A stretch of 64,000 bases of DNA from Vermamoeba vermiformis (Eukaryota): positions 62,001 to 126,000 of the forward strand of contig JBEWZL010000087.1 in assembly GCA_045837725.1 (NCBI GenBank), read 5' to 3'. Numbering within the stretch: the stretch's first letter is position 1; every line of letters starts with the position of its first letter. The position numbers and the translations under genes were made by a program. Shown one piece after another: positions 1 through 14,403 of the stretch. The notes under the pieces were generated by a model that saw only the letters and a program-made list of their open reading frames with translations, was not told where the DNA came from and ran no database searches.

Positions 1-59
1 TGTAATAAAACATATGTGGTATTTATTTTCGATTTTAAAAAGCTAATCTTTATTTGTAG

Positions 60-2141
60 GCAAAGAAAAGGATAAAGATAAGAAGTTGAACAAATCCAAA
101 CCTCCAATGGTCATTACCGGCCCTACTGGTGTAGTACATCAAGGACATGTCGGATTTAATACTGATCAAGGTCGTTTTGAGGTAATTAACGTCATTTCAT
201 CTCAGATCGCGCTTGGAAATTTCGTTTCGTTAATGTTTTACTCTCCAGTGGCACGGTCTTCCGGAGTCGTACCAACGATTGTTTACTAATTTGGATAAAA
301 CCCTGCAAGCTATGGGCGTGAACGGTCTATCTCAAGCAGAAGCCAAATTGCTGCTCAAAGCCCTTCCTACTCTCGGTCCAAATCCTGCTACTGACATGCC
401 ACTCAAATCTCCATCTAGTTTGAGTGCAGTAAGTATCGCAGTAATATATTAGGTTATATATTAGTACCTTTCAGCTGAAACAGGAATCGGATCTCGCAGA
501 AGTTTTCTTGTTCTAACGATTACTTAATTAGGATAAGTTGACGAAAGCGAATAGCAGCAAAGATATCAATATTTCATCGCCAACAGCCGCAGCGAAAGTT
601 TCCAAAGTCAATCAAGGCGTATTGAATCCGCATGTAGAAGGTGCGTTTTTCAATTACATTATTATTTTATAATGAATACTAAATATATTATTGTGTAGCG
701 CTAAAAGAGATCGTTGGTCAACAAAAGAAGACTCTTGAAGAGCTCAGTCGATTTAAAAATGATTTAGTTGAAGAAAATAACGAACTTCAAAAGAAAATTG
801 AAGAATTAAAATCGAAACAAGAGTCAGTATCGAAGTTAAAAGAGAGATTGAAGGCGCTTGAAAAATCAGAAAGCGTTAATTCGAAACTTGGCGAGCAAGA
901 GCGTACTGAAATCGCTAAAATGAAGAAAAAAGTTGAAAAATACAAGAAGGCTCGTACGATGGTCAAAGACGAGAATGAAATGCTTAAACTACAATTAGGC
1001 GCATTTAGTCATATTCAACAATCTCTGGACGCTAAGCAGTCCCGTGCCACCATTCAAGTAAGAGTATTTTTTTTGAAAAGAAAAGATGAAACTGAACTAA
1101 TTGTATTAATACTTCGTTAGGTCGATGAAGTGTACATTAAATTAAAGAGCGAGATTGAAGTCCTTCAAATGAAGTATGAGAAAGAAATCGAGAAGCGACG
1201 TGTCATCGAGAAACAGAAGAAAGAGGCTGATGTCAAGATCGTCGAACTGAAGACAATGCAAGAACAGTCCAGTACGTATTACTGTGTTTTATAGTCAGTT
1301 TAAGTGCTTATCGAACTCGATTTTAGCTCAAGAAATCGCGGATCTGAAATCGAAGCACGAGAAATCTCGCAGTGAGGTAAAGAAACTCAAGTCGAGATTA
1401 AAAGCCCTTCAAAAAGAATTAGAAGAAGCTACTGCCAACACTGAGAACTCGTCAGATATGTATGCTTTCCGTTCCAATACTCATTTGAGTGAATTACTAA
1501 TCGTTCTCCATAGCGATGTTTCGACCCCTCGTCAAACTTCTAGCACTGACTTGACGAGCAGCACTTCAACGGAGTCTATCGAAGCTGATAAGGCCGTTAT
1601 AGCGCCACGAGCTCCTTCGATGGGAGTAGTTACACAACAACAACAACAACGTGCTTCTACCATGGTACTCGCACCTGCTCCGCCACCACCACCTCCCGGT
1701 CAACCGGACTCGCCAGGTAATAAGCCACGATGCGTCTAATCACACAAATATGCTAATAAGCGATATGTAGGTATCAAAAAGGTCGCTCCAAAAGCAGGAC
1801 TAAAGAAAGGACCAATGCCAGGTGGACCCAAAAAGTCACCTGTCACCCCGTTACCTTTGAACGGTGGCGCTGCAGATCCTCGTGGAGGCATTCTTGATGC
1901 TATTAAAAATCAAGAAGTCAGTCTCAAGCCTGTCGTAAGTAACGTATATCAATGTAATAATATGACTAACTGGTCGTAGGAGGACAAGCTGAAAGAGATA
2001 GGAAACAACGGTCCAGTCGATGTTGACGATCAAAATGTGTTGAACTTGATTGCTAAAGCACTTATTTCCAGACGTAAAGCCTTTGAAGACGATTCTTATA
2101 ATCCTGCTAATGCTGACGGAAACGATGCAGACTGGGATTAA
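60..2141 (+). CDS. WASP/WAVE-family actin nucleation-promoting factor (CRIB + long coiled coil + poly-Pro + WH2-C-A); 5' end outside window, multi-exon
   Basis: Spliced translation gives a basic patch then CRIB 'ITGPTGVVHQGHVGF', E/K-rich coiled-coil exons (~700-1460), PPPPPPP, WH2 'PRGGILDAIKNQEVSLKPV', central helix 'LIAKALISRRKAF' and acidic tail 'DGNDADWD*' (TAA 2139-2141). Confidence 0.85.
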
Positions 2142-2218
2142 AATTAATAAAATCATAAAATTCGTTCAGATTGTGCGCGTCTAAATCTTTTGTCCCTCTT
2201 TAAACTTAGATACCATAA

Positions 2219-5200
2219 ATGAACGCAAGTTGCTTTGATATACTCTCCAATGAGGAGATATCGAATATAATTGCATATCTGGACGCAGTATCTTTATTTC
2301 ATTTTTGTGGATGCTCGTCAAGACTGTTAGAATTCAATAACATTTCAAATGACCACTGGAGAAAATTATATTCTATACAATGGTTCGTTGAAGAGGAAGA
2401 ATTGCGTTTGTATGAAGACATGTAAGCCAAATCCAAATAATCAAATATTAGAATTAATTTAAAATATTCAATTAAAGGGATTGGAAGGCAGAATTTAAAT
2501 CTAGGTTAACTTTGGAAAATAAAACAAGACAAAACATTCATGGCAATGAATTCGACAGAAATCTGCGCAGTTTATTAAGATCTGTCACTTCGACAGACAC
2601 AGTGGCTGCACTCGATAAAATATTAGAAGAAACAGTAATGAGTAAGCATTTTGGCGTGATCTATTAATAATAGTAAGAGATTACATTTCTAACTTCAACT
2701 CTTCATTTTTAGACACGCCTGCAATCTTTGTGGCCACAGCGATCTTAAGATTAACACGTAGAAACGAACTGTCTTCACATAGGGCATTCGAATATGTAGC
2801 TACATTGTTTACTTTATGTAAGCCTTCAGAAAATCCGGATTCGTTTGAAGAAAACTAATGATTTCCAATTGTAAATTTAGCACTGAACGAGGAAGTCGTA
2901 ATTGGAGTACTTTCAGTAGCCGTAGCGTTATTAGACTTAAAATATAACAATACAACTCTGCTAGAAACTTTGAGGCTGTTGCAAGATTGCGGATCGAAGC
3001 CACGCTATAACCTCGGCGACAGTAATAATACAATTCAAATTAATTCTTTTAATATTAATTATGAATTTAGGCGCGAATGTAAGGTACTTGGCATTAGAAT
3101 ATCGATTATTAGATATCATTGAAAAATCTTCATCGCTCCAGCTGATCGAGAATGCCATGGTTGCGTTTACTTGTACGCACAAATACGTTTAATTATAATA
3201 CAATGAACTAATGCATATTCACTATATTTAGTTTCAGTGAATATTGGCAACAGACCAGCACTGTGTCAAAAAATATGTCAAGCGATAGATCAATGTTCAA
3301 ATCCGGATTCGAACCTAGAGATGGAAAAAGCGGGGACTCTGGCAATTATTAAAGATTTTCTCGGTAGACTGGTAGATAAGAGTACGTATTAGCGACGTAT
3401 TAAGCAGAATACTGACACTAACTAATTTTCTTCGAAATTCAGACAGCGAATTTTTGGTCGCGCAGGGAGTCCTTCAAAAACTGTTCGATTCAATTCCAAA
3501 ACTCAGCGTAGTTCCATTTTATTATGTGATGACCACTATTGAAACATTCACTTATGAAAGTATGTCAAAGGAAATTTTTGATGAGCCAGCCTATAATAAC
3601 CGTTCTAACACCAACTTTTTAAAATCCAATATTACTATATTTGGAAATTAAGCAGTACCAATGATATATCGCCATCATACGCGATCTTAGCTTTGCAAAA
3701 GTTCTTTTCACTGAATTTTCTTTCGAACAGAGGCGATCGCAAACAAAGTAGCCAAAGACGAAGTGTTGATGAACTTCATTCTTGATCACGCGAAAAAACT
3801 TCGCAGTAACACTACTCTACCCACTGAAGAATTCACCATATTCGACGGAGTTTTTGGATTTTTTTACTCGCTCATGTATTGTCGTAAGTACAAATATTAA
3901 CAAGCTTAAAAATATCGCAAACTAAAAAATATCGCAAACTAAAGCTATATTAACGCTTCCATTACGCTATGAAAGTAGATTGACAAATGAAATTAAAATT
4001 GCATATTAAATTTCGCAGTTTTTGACTTGTAACATAGTTAATATTATTCACGAACAGGAAACGTCGAACATCTTTTCAACAGTCCGTACTTGGACTACGT
4101 ACTTCCTTATTTGGAAAAAGAAGAAATTGGAGACACTGTATTTTCCCACCTTTGCAGTGTTTTATCACAGTACATTCGTTACGGCATAGAAACACGTACG
4201 TAAAACATTTCCATATTTGGTAAACTGTCTCGGGAACTAACGAACCTCTCATTATTAGTGCGATTGAATTCCATTCATAGGCGATTAGAGCCATATCTTC
4301 AAACAGTCATCAATAGTCCATTCTTCAAGCACTCAATCACGCTATGGCAAACATTGTATTGCGGTAATATATAATATTATCGATTAGTTTCGTTAAACAC
4401 AATCGTAACTAACATTACCTTATTAGGCATGAAACTTCCACTCGACCTCGCAAAAAGTCTTATTGAACGAATCATTCCTGAATTGCCATTCGAAACTGAC
4501 AAGCGAATTAATCGTTCTTACGCGGAGTTATTAGCAAATATGGTACAAGTTGACCGTAAGTTTAATTTCGGGTAAAATTTTCTGACTTAATAATTAATTT
4601 TTTTATGTTTCGTATTAGGCGCGCCATTTTTTGATATTGATATGAAGATATTATACGACTATTATTCGAGACAACTTATTATCGATGATCGTACCAACGA
4701 CCCTGGTACTAGAGGAAAAGTGCCGTTTGCTTGCAACTTCATTGCTGCTGGCTCTAGTGTTCGTAAGTATAGTATAGTTAATGAAGTTATTAACTTCAAT
4801 TATTCAAATAATATTTCGTTTGTCAGAGCAATTTGCCGAGCTTGCGATTAAGGATCTGGTGTTGCTTGAAAAAATGTACTCGTTGTATGACGAACAGAAA
4901 GAGGTTAATGAAACAATCTACTTGGTCGTTAATTTCTTCAGCTACGTCGTCAAAATTCCAGGTAAATCTTAAGCATCAAGCGAGATCCAAACCAGATCAA
5001 CTGAAATTTTCGATTGCTTCTTTATATTATAGATCAAAGTCGTCATATAGTTAATCTACAAACATTAATTAAGTAAATTTATACTTCTCTAATGATTTAT
5101 GTCTTAGGCTGGGACAATCGCAGAGGTCTCGAACTGCTCGAACGATGGGGTACGACAATGCCGCTCAAAGCACCCATGTACTACATGTTCACTATGATAG

Positions 5201-5498
5201 ACTCATTCATACACCTTTTTGCACGAGACAACCCCGTAGAAATGTTGTTGTTCGGTACCTGGATCATCGCGAGGATGTCCCAACGACGTAAGTTTTAAAT
5301 TCTCAGAATTGTTGAAATTTCGTAAATAACATACGGTTTGTCTCTACTACAGAGGACGGACGTGATGGCTTGAGGCACTTGAGTTCTGATACTTTAGAGT
5401 GGTTACTGAGCCACCCGGATCCACGCATCCGCAAAAACATGAATTACTACCAACAGAACATTTATCGGGCACAAATGGGTTACGTCGATGAATATTAG
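2219..5498 (+). CDS. F-box protein with long helical (ARM/HEAT-like) C-terminal region, many exons
   Basis: N-terminal F-box 'FDILSNEEISNIIAYLDAVSLFHFCGCSSRL...W'; the exon junctions checked join in frame across GT-AG introns; last exon ends at TAG 5496-5498; helical-repeat call is from composition only. Confidence 0.7.
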
Positions 5499-6180
5499 GT
5501 ATTTAAATAACTTATAAATATTTTTAACATTGAACATAATTTTGTAAGTAATCAACCCGATCTTTTTTGTTAGGAATTGTAGCACTATTTGTACGACGAA
5601 TTAAAATACAAATACAAATTAGAAGAGGGTATAAAGAGCTGGATATTCCACGTTGCTACAACATGAGATCCGCTGAATTTTCGGGAATATCGCCTTACAC
5701 TGCACAAGTTGCTGAATAAGACATTGGCGTTAGATAGATTCGACATTGAACAACCAAGAAAGAAGAGGTTGTCGAAGAGCATTAGTGGACGCAATTCAAA
5801 AACTCCGAATATGGATTTAACCTAAAAAGGAGCGAACACGTGGAACAGAACTTTGTCGGATGCACCCGAATGCAGCCGGACCGAGATTAATGAATCAGCC
5901 AGTAGGGGAACTTAAAGACTAATATCGACGTCTTCATTGATGGTAGCATTGCACGGACATCTAACCAGCGGCAAAAACCGTTCACTGGAGCGAATCCAGA
6001 AATGGTGCGTAAGTTTAAATCTATATTTCGAACGCCAAACAAATACAATGGCAATACTAATAGAGGTCTATGTGCTAAAAGCACCGGAAGGAATGTCAAC
6101 TGACGAAGTAGTCACAACAAGCACATGTGTTGTTCATTCTATTAAAGTGAGGCAAAGAGATCACGGAACAATCCTCGAGA

Positions 6181-6222
6181 CGAGATTATTTATAATAACT
6201 CCGAGATTATTTATAATAACGA
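6181..6222. repeat. 21-bp tandem duplication (CGAGATTATTTATAATAAC x2)
   Basis: Directly visible tandem copies at 6181 and 6202. Confidence 0.85.
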
Positions 6223-6488
6223 CTCCGCGCAAAGTCTTGACCGGGTAATTTCGTAAGTTACACAACATATAATGGTATGCCAAGACTAACAACTTTTTGA
6301 AAAGTTGGTACGGTACAATTTTGTACGCATGCCGATAATACATGCCGAAGATAGATTCTGTGCATCTCCAGACGAGATTTGTTGGCACGTGCGTATCTCC
6401 AGACGAGATTCAAGTTTCGGCATAAATAGCCAACCTCGGTGGGCGGTTATTTTTTTATCTTTATCTCAAGCGACAACAACACATCACG

Positions 6489-8037
6489 ATGCTATTTAAG
6501 GCATTAATCCTCGCTTGCATTCTAGCATTGGCCACGTGCCAATCTGTCTCTAGTTGCGACAGCACTTCATTCTACTTCTATAATGGATACGGCATAAGTG
6601 AGGGCTTCGCTGAGCAGTATTGGGACTGGCAAGGCTATGACTTTAGCGACGGCACTAGCGACACCTTTGACGACTACTTCTACTTGGATTTGATTATCGA
6701 CAACGCCATCTACTCTAGTGACAACTTTTACAACTCTCCCGTGGATTACTACTGCGACGTTGGCACTACTGATTTTAACTCAACTTCATATGCCAGCTAT
6801 ACCTACAATATCACCGACACAATCCAGCTCGTACGCGAGTTTTACGCTCCTCGTTCAAGTAAGCAAAACCTATTAATATTAGTCTTAAGCGTATTCCCTA
6901 TTCAATTGAATTAACACAAATACGTCTTCGCCAACATAACCTAACTGGTTAACGGAAAAATTATCCATTTTATCTTTTTATGGAGTTTTTTAATTTTAAC
7001 CGGTAATAACTTGCCTAAATTCAGCCGTGTGGCTTCGTGTCTTCGATACAGTGCATAACTTCGGAACTTCGGCGGTTAATATCTCAATGAGATACTACGG
7101 AGAATACGGATCCGATAGTGACACTACGTTTGCTGTTGTGAACGATTATTACTGGGTCAGGTAAGAATTCCCATTACTGTTGATTCATGTCATATTAATA
7201 TTAACCGAATTCATTGTTAGCTCTGACGGTGATAACGGCAATAGTGATCCTCCATTCACAGTGAACGCTGCTGGCTCTGGCGCTCAAATCATTCCGACTA
7301 AAACGTCAGGCTTTAATGAAGGAAATGACGTGACTTCCTTCACTTATAACTCCATCTCTATTCCTGCTGGTGAGTCCAGAGCCATCATGATTGTTTTGGG
7401 TCAACACGGAAACCTCAGTAACGCTCTCGACGGTGCTAGTCAGATTAACTTATTACCGGAATATATCTACACTAACCTCTCTAAGTTGGCAAACGTCGTT
7501 AACTGGAACTTTTGCGGTGCCACAATTGAAGCTGTGGATCCGAAGACTACTTACTGCTCCACACCTATTTCCATCACCTTCACTGTTTCCGAAGACATCC
7601 CAGTCTCATTCAATAGCAACCCCGTCACGGTGTCCAACAAGCAGTTCACCGTTAACGTTGTGAATGGCAACAACCAGATCTCGTATCAGCGTCAAGTCGG
7701 AGATTGTCCCGCTCGTACCGCTAGCTTTGACTTCAAATTGCCTCCCGCCAACTTTTCTGTATCTGTTGACAACAGCGGAACCTTCCCTAAGGTCAACGCG
7801 ACTGGTGGTTATGGTACTTACGACTACACCTGGAAGTTCAGTTCTGGTGGCGATTTGACCACCGCATTCGGTGGTAAAGCTACTGTAACTGTTACTGATA
7901 TGGAAGGATGCGCTGCTTCAGCTCAGATTGACGTGCCTAAGCTGCCCAGCATTCCTAGTACTCCTGCCAAAGTTTCAAGCGCTTCTCAAATCATCGCTTC
8001 ATTCGTTGGCTTGATCGCTTTGGCGATTGCATTGTAA
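6489..8037 (+). CDS. Secreted/GPI-anchored surface protein with a SprB-like beta-repeat; 3 exons
   Basis: Signal peptide 'MLFKALILACILALATCQ'; introns ~6859-7024 and ~7161-7220; motif 'ATGGYGTYDYTW...ATVTVTDMEGC'; terminal hydrophobic tail 'SSASQIIASFVGLIALAIAL*' typical of a GPI signal. Confidence 0.8.
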
Positions 8038-9386
8038 TCAATTTCTTAGTTTGTAGTTTCAGTAAAGTTTGTTCTACGAAATAATTTGAACTTTGAGTAC
8101 GCCTTGAGCTCTTCACTTGGCTTATAGCACTTTCTCTGCCTGGTTAACGCGTTCAACTTTACCAGTAATTGGAGCAGATCTACGTTTTGTTTTCGAAACA
8201 AACGAGCAAGTTTTTTAGTTCCAAATTGAACAATGCACCGCAAGTCCTCTTACGCTCAACGAAGAGGCTATTTGTTTTATACGGCATCGCTTTTGGTGCT
8301 TGTAACGCTTGGGGTCGCGGATGAAGACAATTTTGTGCAGACTGTACCGGCAAGTTACTATATTAATTTCAAGTAAGATAACGGAGGGTAGAGTTGATCC
8401 TCATCCGGCACCGGACTTTTAAAAACATTGCAGTAGTTTGTCGGCGACAATTGTAAAGATTAAAAATGCGAGATATTGTCAAGATATCTAGTCCGTACCT
8501 AAATTAGGCATAACGTCCTTAAACTTACTTACTATCTACCGAACACCATTTACGTTACTTACGTTGTCTAACAGGTAAAAAGGATGGTTTCAGCAATTTA
8601 TGCATGATAATTGCATGTTTTTTATTCTAATCAACAAGGTTTAGTGATGGATGGAGGATCTTATAGGTTGCCATGGATAAGAATGGGTCCAGGAAGCACA
8701 TTTCCCGTCACGTCCCTCCAGGGGTTTTTGTGGAACGGTCCGGGCGTATGTACTAAACTCCGAACTTAAGCAAATGACAGTAACCCGAGCAAGTCTTACT
8801 AGTAATAATAACCTGCGACTTCTACAGTACAACCTAACCAAAATTAGAATTCTTCCTAATATGGAAATTTAAATTTAAGTGAACTGATCTTCTTCGATAT
8901 CTCGTTAGTTAGCTCCAATCCACCGTAGAGCTCAGTGGAAAACTGTCCACGAGGTGGGAAGTAACAACATAGGGTCTTGGAAGTAGTTGGGTTGTGGCAG
9001 CGTTGGGTTGAAGAACTCATCTTGAGTAGGCTTAGGTTGTTCAAAGCGTATATTATTACTGGAACGACGTGAGATGTACTAGGACAGACTAAGTACGGCG
9101 ATTACTCTTCGCTCCTCGAAATGAACGTACATTCGGTCAGAGTTTGTAACCCTACAGTGTTAATCGAAACACAAAAAAAGATCCTTCTGCAAGGGTTGTT
9201 AAATTTAAAACTAAAAATATAGCGAGTTAATTAATTTAAATTTAGACGCTTGTCTCAAACATATGAATTTGATCAACTTACTTTTTCCAGCGTGAAATCC
9301 ACTGAACCTTATGACGTGACAATTTAACTCGTTTTTTCTTACAAGACAACATAAGAGCATATTACTCGTGTATTTCTAAAGCAGAA

Positions 9387-12072
9387 ATGCATTGGCGACG
9401 AGTATTGTTGCCTATCACGCTTGTATTGGTGACCGTGATCTGCTTTGTTAAATGTTCGAATGTCGATCAGACGTCTTCATCCAAGCTCTATGATTTTGTA
9501 AATGAATATTGTACTTGTCAAGTAAGATATTATTATTTAACATCAAATTAATAACGTAAAGCTTCACGGAATAATTTAAACGAAATGTAAATAATTCAGA
9601 AAATTATAGGTGGCTTTATATCGCCAAATTTCGGCCTAAATATGGCTTAATATATTCAATTCTATCAATCAAAAATAATTCTTGATTATCCGAAAATGTT
9701 TAGCAGTGACTCATCCGTCCACTTGAATTCTACACGTCACCAACTTCTACTTTTCCAACTTATATCCGAAAATTTACATAATATTAATACTATTTATATT
9801 ATAGGAAGCCTTAACAGGCCAATTAGGCGACTGTTGTTGCGACATTGATACCGTTACTAAAGTTAACAAAGATCTCTATCCCTTAGTCAAGCAATTAGTC
9901 TCCAACTCATTCTTTAGATATTACAAGGTATATTAAGCCTCTTACATATTTTGTATTGCGATAATATTAATTTTGTTTCGTCACCGGATGTGATCCAAGT
10001 GCTTACGTGGCGAAACAATTGTTAATTTATTATCTAATAGCTTTTTTTCCAAAAAATCGATCATTTATATTAATTTTATTACTATATTTAGTTAAATCTT
10101 CATCGTGGCTGTCGATTTTTCCCTGACGATGGTCAATGTTTCCTGCGCGATTGCGCTGTTGATGAATGTCCACCTGTAAGTACTATAATATAAAAATACT
10201 ATATGAAATTAATATATAATATAATAGTAATATACTTTGCCTATAGGAAGAAGTTCAAGCGTGTTTCGAAGAGTCAGACAATGAACTCGGCAAACTCAAC
10301 AGAGACGATGTCAAAGTGAGTTTTAATGAAATATTACTATATTAGGAAATTAATTAATCGGCCATGTTGTAGGTTGATAAATGGATTGAAGAAGAGAATC
10401 CTTGGACGGTGGATCTGGGTGACGACGAAGGTCCGTACAGACTTTATTAAACTAAGTCGTATTCGCAATCACATTTAATATTTATAATTAAATTAATACT
10501 ATATGTTATATATTAATAGTTTTATTACTTTAGGCGATATTTACATTGACCTGTTGAAAAATCCTGAACGATTTACTGGTACGTACAAAATCGAATTATT
10601 TTAAATGGCCTTTCATGAAAGTCATTTCTATATTTGGCAATGCTAATATACATTACTTTAGGCTATGCGGGAGTTCCAGCGACCAGAATTTGGAAGGCAA
10701 TCTACGAAGAAAATTGTTTTGAAGACGGAGACAAATGTATGGAGAAAAGAGTGTTTTTCAGATTAGTATCGGGTCTACACACATCTATCACCGTTCACTT
10801 GGCCTATGACTATTTATTGGATCGTGAGAAAGGTGTTTGGGTAAGGATCTTGGATGTGGATCGAGCGAATCTGGATCAATTCTTTCCCGATATTCTTTTG
10901 ACTTCGCAAACACAAATTATATTTAATTTAACTATATAATTATATAGTTTACTAATAAATCTTCATAGGGACCCAACTTGACTGTGTTCCATGACCGAGT
11001 CGCGAAATTTCCAGATCGGATCAAGAACCTTTACTTCCTTTACGCATTCGTATTGAGAGCAGTATCGAAACTATCTCCTTATTTGGCCGAGTATCCTTAC
11101 AACCTGCGCGATGGTAATGAACAACAAAAACTAAAGGTAAGTCACATCCGCTAACGTTTGGATCCAGATCAGATTCATCGGAAGCGCTCATTCTTCAATT
11201 TCATTCTTTTACTTATAAATAGTGATTATAGTATTAATTTTATATAAAAGGGTTTGATGGATAATCTGCAAAAGATTACGTACTCGTGCCCCGTGACATT
11301 CGATGAATCTCAGATGTTCCAGGTACGTCTCTTATTATTGCAATGACATAATATTGGTACAGATATTAGACCTTGGCACCTATAATACTAATACATATAT
11401 ATGAGTGTTATTAATGATTTTTATTAGGGTAACGAGAACGAGCAGATCGCACTCAAGCAACAGTTCAAACAACATTTCCGCAATATTAGCGCTATTTTAG
11501 ACTGCGTTGCGTGTGAAAAATGTCGTGTGTGGGGAAAATTACAAATTAATGGACTAGGCACGGCATTGAAGGTGTTGTTCGAACTCAACGACAAAGATGC
11601 GGATCAAGAAGGACTTGAAATCACGAAAAATCAACAAAATCCGACTAATAATGTCGCGAAGACGCTTTCATTAAGCAAGAATAATCAATTACAACGAACA
11701 GAAATTATTGCCTTAATTAACTTGATGGATCGACTTAGCGAATCCATTAAATTTACAGAGGTACGGAAATATCATCATTAAGACACTATTGTATTATAAT
11801 AATAATACTGTAGTGTAATTATCGAATGTAGATAGTTGGACTAATTGATATTTCCTTTTTAGGAAATGATGAATATGAACTACGATCACCACACAACGCT
11901 CGAGAAAACAATAGCGAGAGCGACATTATTTCTCAGAAATTTGAAGCAGTCAAACAATCTCGTACGAGGCGTAGTCACTATTATCTTGGCCATGGTCGTA
12001 TTCAAAGTTATCACCAAGTACGTGAGACGAAGTGCCAATACTAAGAATAGCAACAATAGAACTGCTAAATAA
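9387..12072 (+). CDS. ERO1: ER oxidoreductin 1, many exons
   Basis: Signal peptide; 'FFRYYK/LNLHRGC', outer site 'CFLRDC' (Cx4C), '[14 protein letters not shown]', '[10 protein letters not shown]', inner site '[15 protein letters not shown]' (CxxCxxC). Confidence 0.95.
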
Positions 12073-12247
12073 GTGCAATATTAAGCGAACAATAATGTAT
12101 AGAAAACAACAAACACCGATTTTTAAACCAATTTGCTCGATCTGGATCCGATCCATTCATAGAATGCATTATGATCTTTTTTAATCCTGCATATTTTATT
12201 GAATATATATTGAACGAATCGATTGGCTTTAATTGAAAAGTAGCCGC

Positions 12248-14403
12248 TCAAAGTGGCTGCACATTGATTGTAAACGAGTCTACGGGCTTGAGAGTGATCG
12301 ATTGTTGAAATTTCAGCTACAAATAGATCAAATTAATACTAGTACGACTATTATCGTACTTGTCAGTATAATCTATATGTAACGTACCTCGCTATTTGGA
12401 GTAAATTTGAATTTTTGCAATACTATCGCCAGCACTGCTTTCATCTCGAGCATTGCAAAATTATTTCCCATGCAGATACGAGGCCCTAAAAATTACAATA
12501 AGAACGCATTAGTATTACTCGGAATTGAAAAAATGAAATTTCAGGGTTTTTTCGTACCAGCACCAAATGGGTACCATGGAGCATTGTTAGTTTTATCAGT
12601 TTCATTTTCTTTGAGCCACCGATCAGGTCTGAACTCGTACGGCGCGTCGTAGAATTCTTCGGAAGTATGCAGTGCAATTGACAGCATGCTGAAGACAGTA
12701 CCTTTAGGCACGTGATAGCCGTTCACAACGGAGTCTTCGACGGACTGGCGAGAGAACCCCATCAACGGAGGATACAAGCGAGTGGCCTCTTTTATCACGG
12801 CAGTAATGCAGTTCAAATGTGAAACGTCCTCGTACGTCGGATCCGCTCCGTGAAGTACGGATCTTGCCTCGGATCTGGCTTTTTCTTGAACGTCCAAATT
12901 CTTCGCCAATAAATAGATAGTGCTAAGAAGAGCTTTAAAAAGTATTATTAGTCTTAGCTAGATTGAATTATATGTCAGGTTAACTTCGTACCAGAAGATG
13001 TTGTCTCGTGTCCAGCGATGAAAAATGTATTGACGTTGTGAATTAACTCTTCGTCAGTCATTTTTGCGCCTTCTTCATTCGCTGACACTAACATCTCTAA
13101 CAGATCACTTTCCTCGCCTAAAAATCAAATTGTTAATCGCCACCAGTTTGACGGATCTAATTTCAGTATTACGTACCTTCTCGTTTAGGCATTGAGCGCT
13201 TTTTGGCTATCAGATCCGTTACAAGCTTGCGAAAAGTTTTGAAATTTTCGTCTAATTTCTTGTTTTCTTTCGTAGGAAGCTTGGATAAGAAGGACGAGAA
13301 TGACTTTGGATCCGCCATTTTTTCCATAATGACTTGATACGACTTCAATTCGAGTGGTGCATCCTTTTCAAAACTTCCGAAATCGAAGCCAAACCCTGCT
13401 TTACCAATAGCTTCCATGGTCATCTACAAAAGGTCAAGAATGATTCTAGTACACGGATCTTCAAAAGTCTTAATCAAACTTACCTTAGTCAACAACGGGA
13501 ATAATTTAACACTTCCTCCATTTTCGCTCGCTTCTTGTTTCATTGCATCCATCAGCAAATGACTGACGTGAATGAACGCAGGGAAGATTGACTTCAACTT
13601 TGTGATTCTGAACGAAGGATTCATCACCTGTAAGATATTGATGGCACGTAAGTCAGAGGTCTATTAATTAATATTTTTGATGACAGGTGTCAAATTGAAC
13701 AGGGTTGGATCCGCTCTTTGATGCTTACTCGTCGCTGTCTGGACCATCTGTCACCCGCAACCATAAGCACACCTTCACCTGCTAGGCGGTCTAAAACTAC
13801 ATTGAAATTGTTGACCTTGTGAAACACTTCAGTGTTGCTGCAGTTCAGTGAAAAGTTAGTACGTCGGACAAATCTCCGAGTGAGTTAATTTTTTGAATTT
13901 GGTTTGTGAACGTGTTGAATTCACCTTGAAACCTCACGGATAATCTGTGGATCCCATGTAACGACCACTGGCACTCCGAAGAAGATCATTTGAACTGAAT
14001 GTGACCTATGGCGAAAGTTAGTGAGCGGATCTCGCTGAAATCACAAAGCTTACTTGTTCTCCCAATCTTTGGCGAACTTGGGAAACAGTTCAAAGTCAGG
14101 CGTTTTCTGAGGTATATTAATCGTTAGTACAGCAGTATACCAAGATATTCTCAATCGTTGCTAACATTTCCTGTCACCATTCTGTTTGCAAAGACAGCGA
14201 AGGTCGTAATTGGATTTTGATATGGCATCATAATGGGCTAAGAAAAAATATTAAAATCAACAGAATAAAAATTAATTGTTGCTTACCCTTCCGTTAGCCA
14301 AAGTTGGATCCACCAGCCGAACAGATTTCATTCTTGTAATGTTTGCAAGATACCTTTGTATCAAAAAGGCGAATACAGCGCCCAGTAGCAGAAGTACTAT
14401 CAT
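12248..14403 (-). CDS. Cytochrome P450 (microsomal type), multi-exon
   Basis: N-terminal anchor '[15 protein letters not shown]', I-helix 'IAGHETTSS', ExxR 'KEATR', 'FRPDRW', spliced heme motif 'FGAG/PRICMG'; stop TGA 12248-12250. Confidence 0.95.

Noticed and set aside
3320-3345. Suspected frameshift at an A-run in the first F-box gene
   Set aside because: Recount gives ATG GAA AAA GCG in frame; exon is intact.
5590-6250. Coding-like sequence between the F-box gene and the GPI protein
   Set aside because: Interrupted by stops, no recognisable family.
8640-9155. Minus-strand exon-like LRR words (LQTLTELHL, LNNLSLLKM)
   Set aside because: Multiple stops and frame changes; at best a decayed relic, no model supportable.
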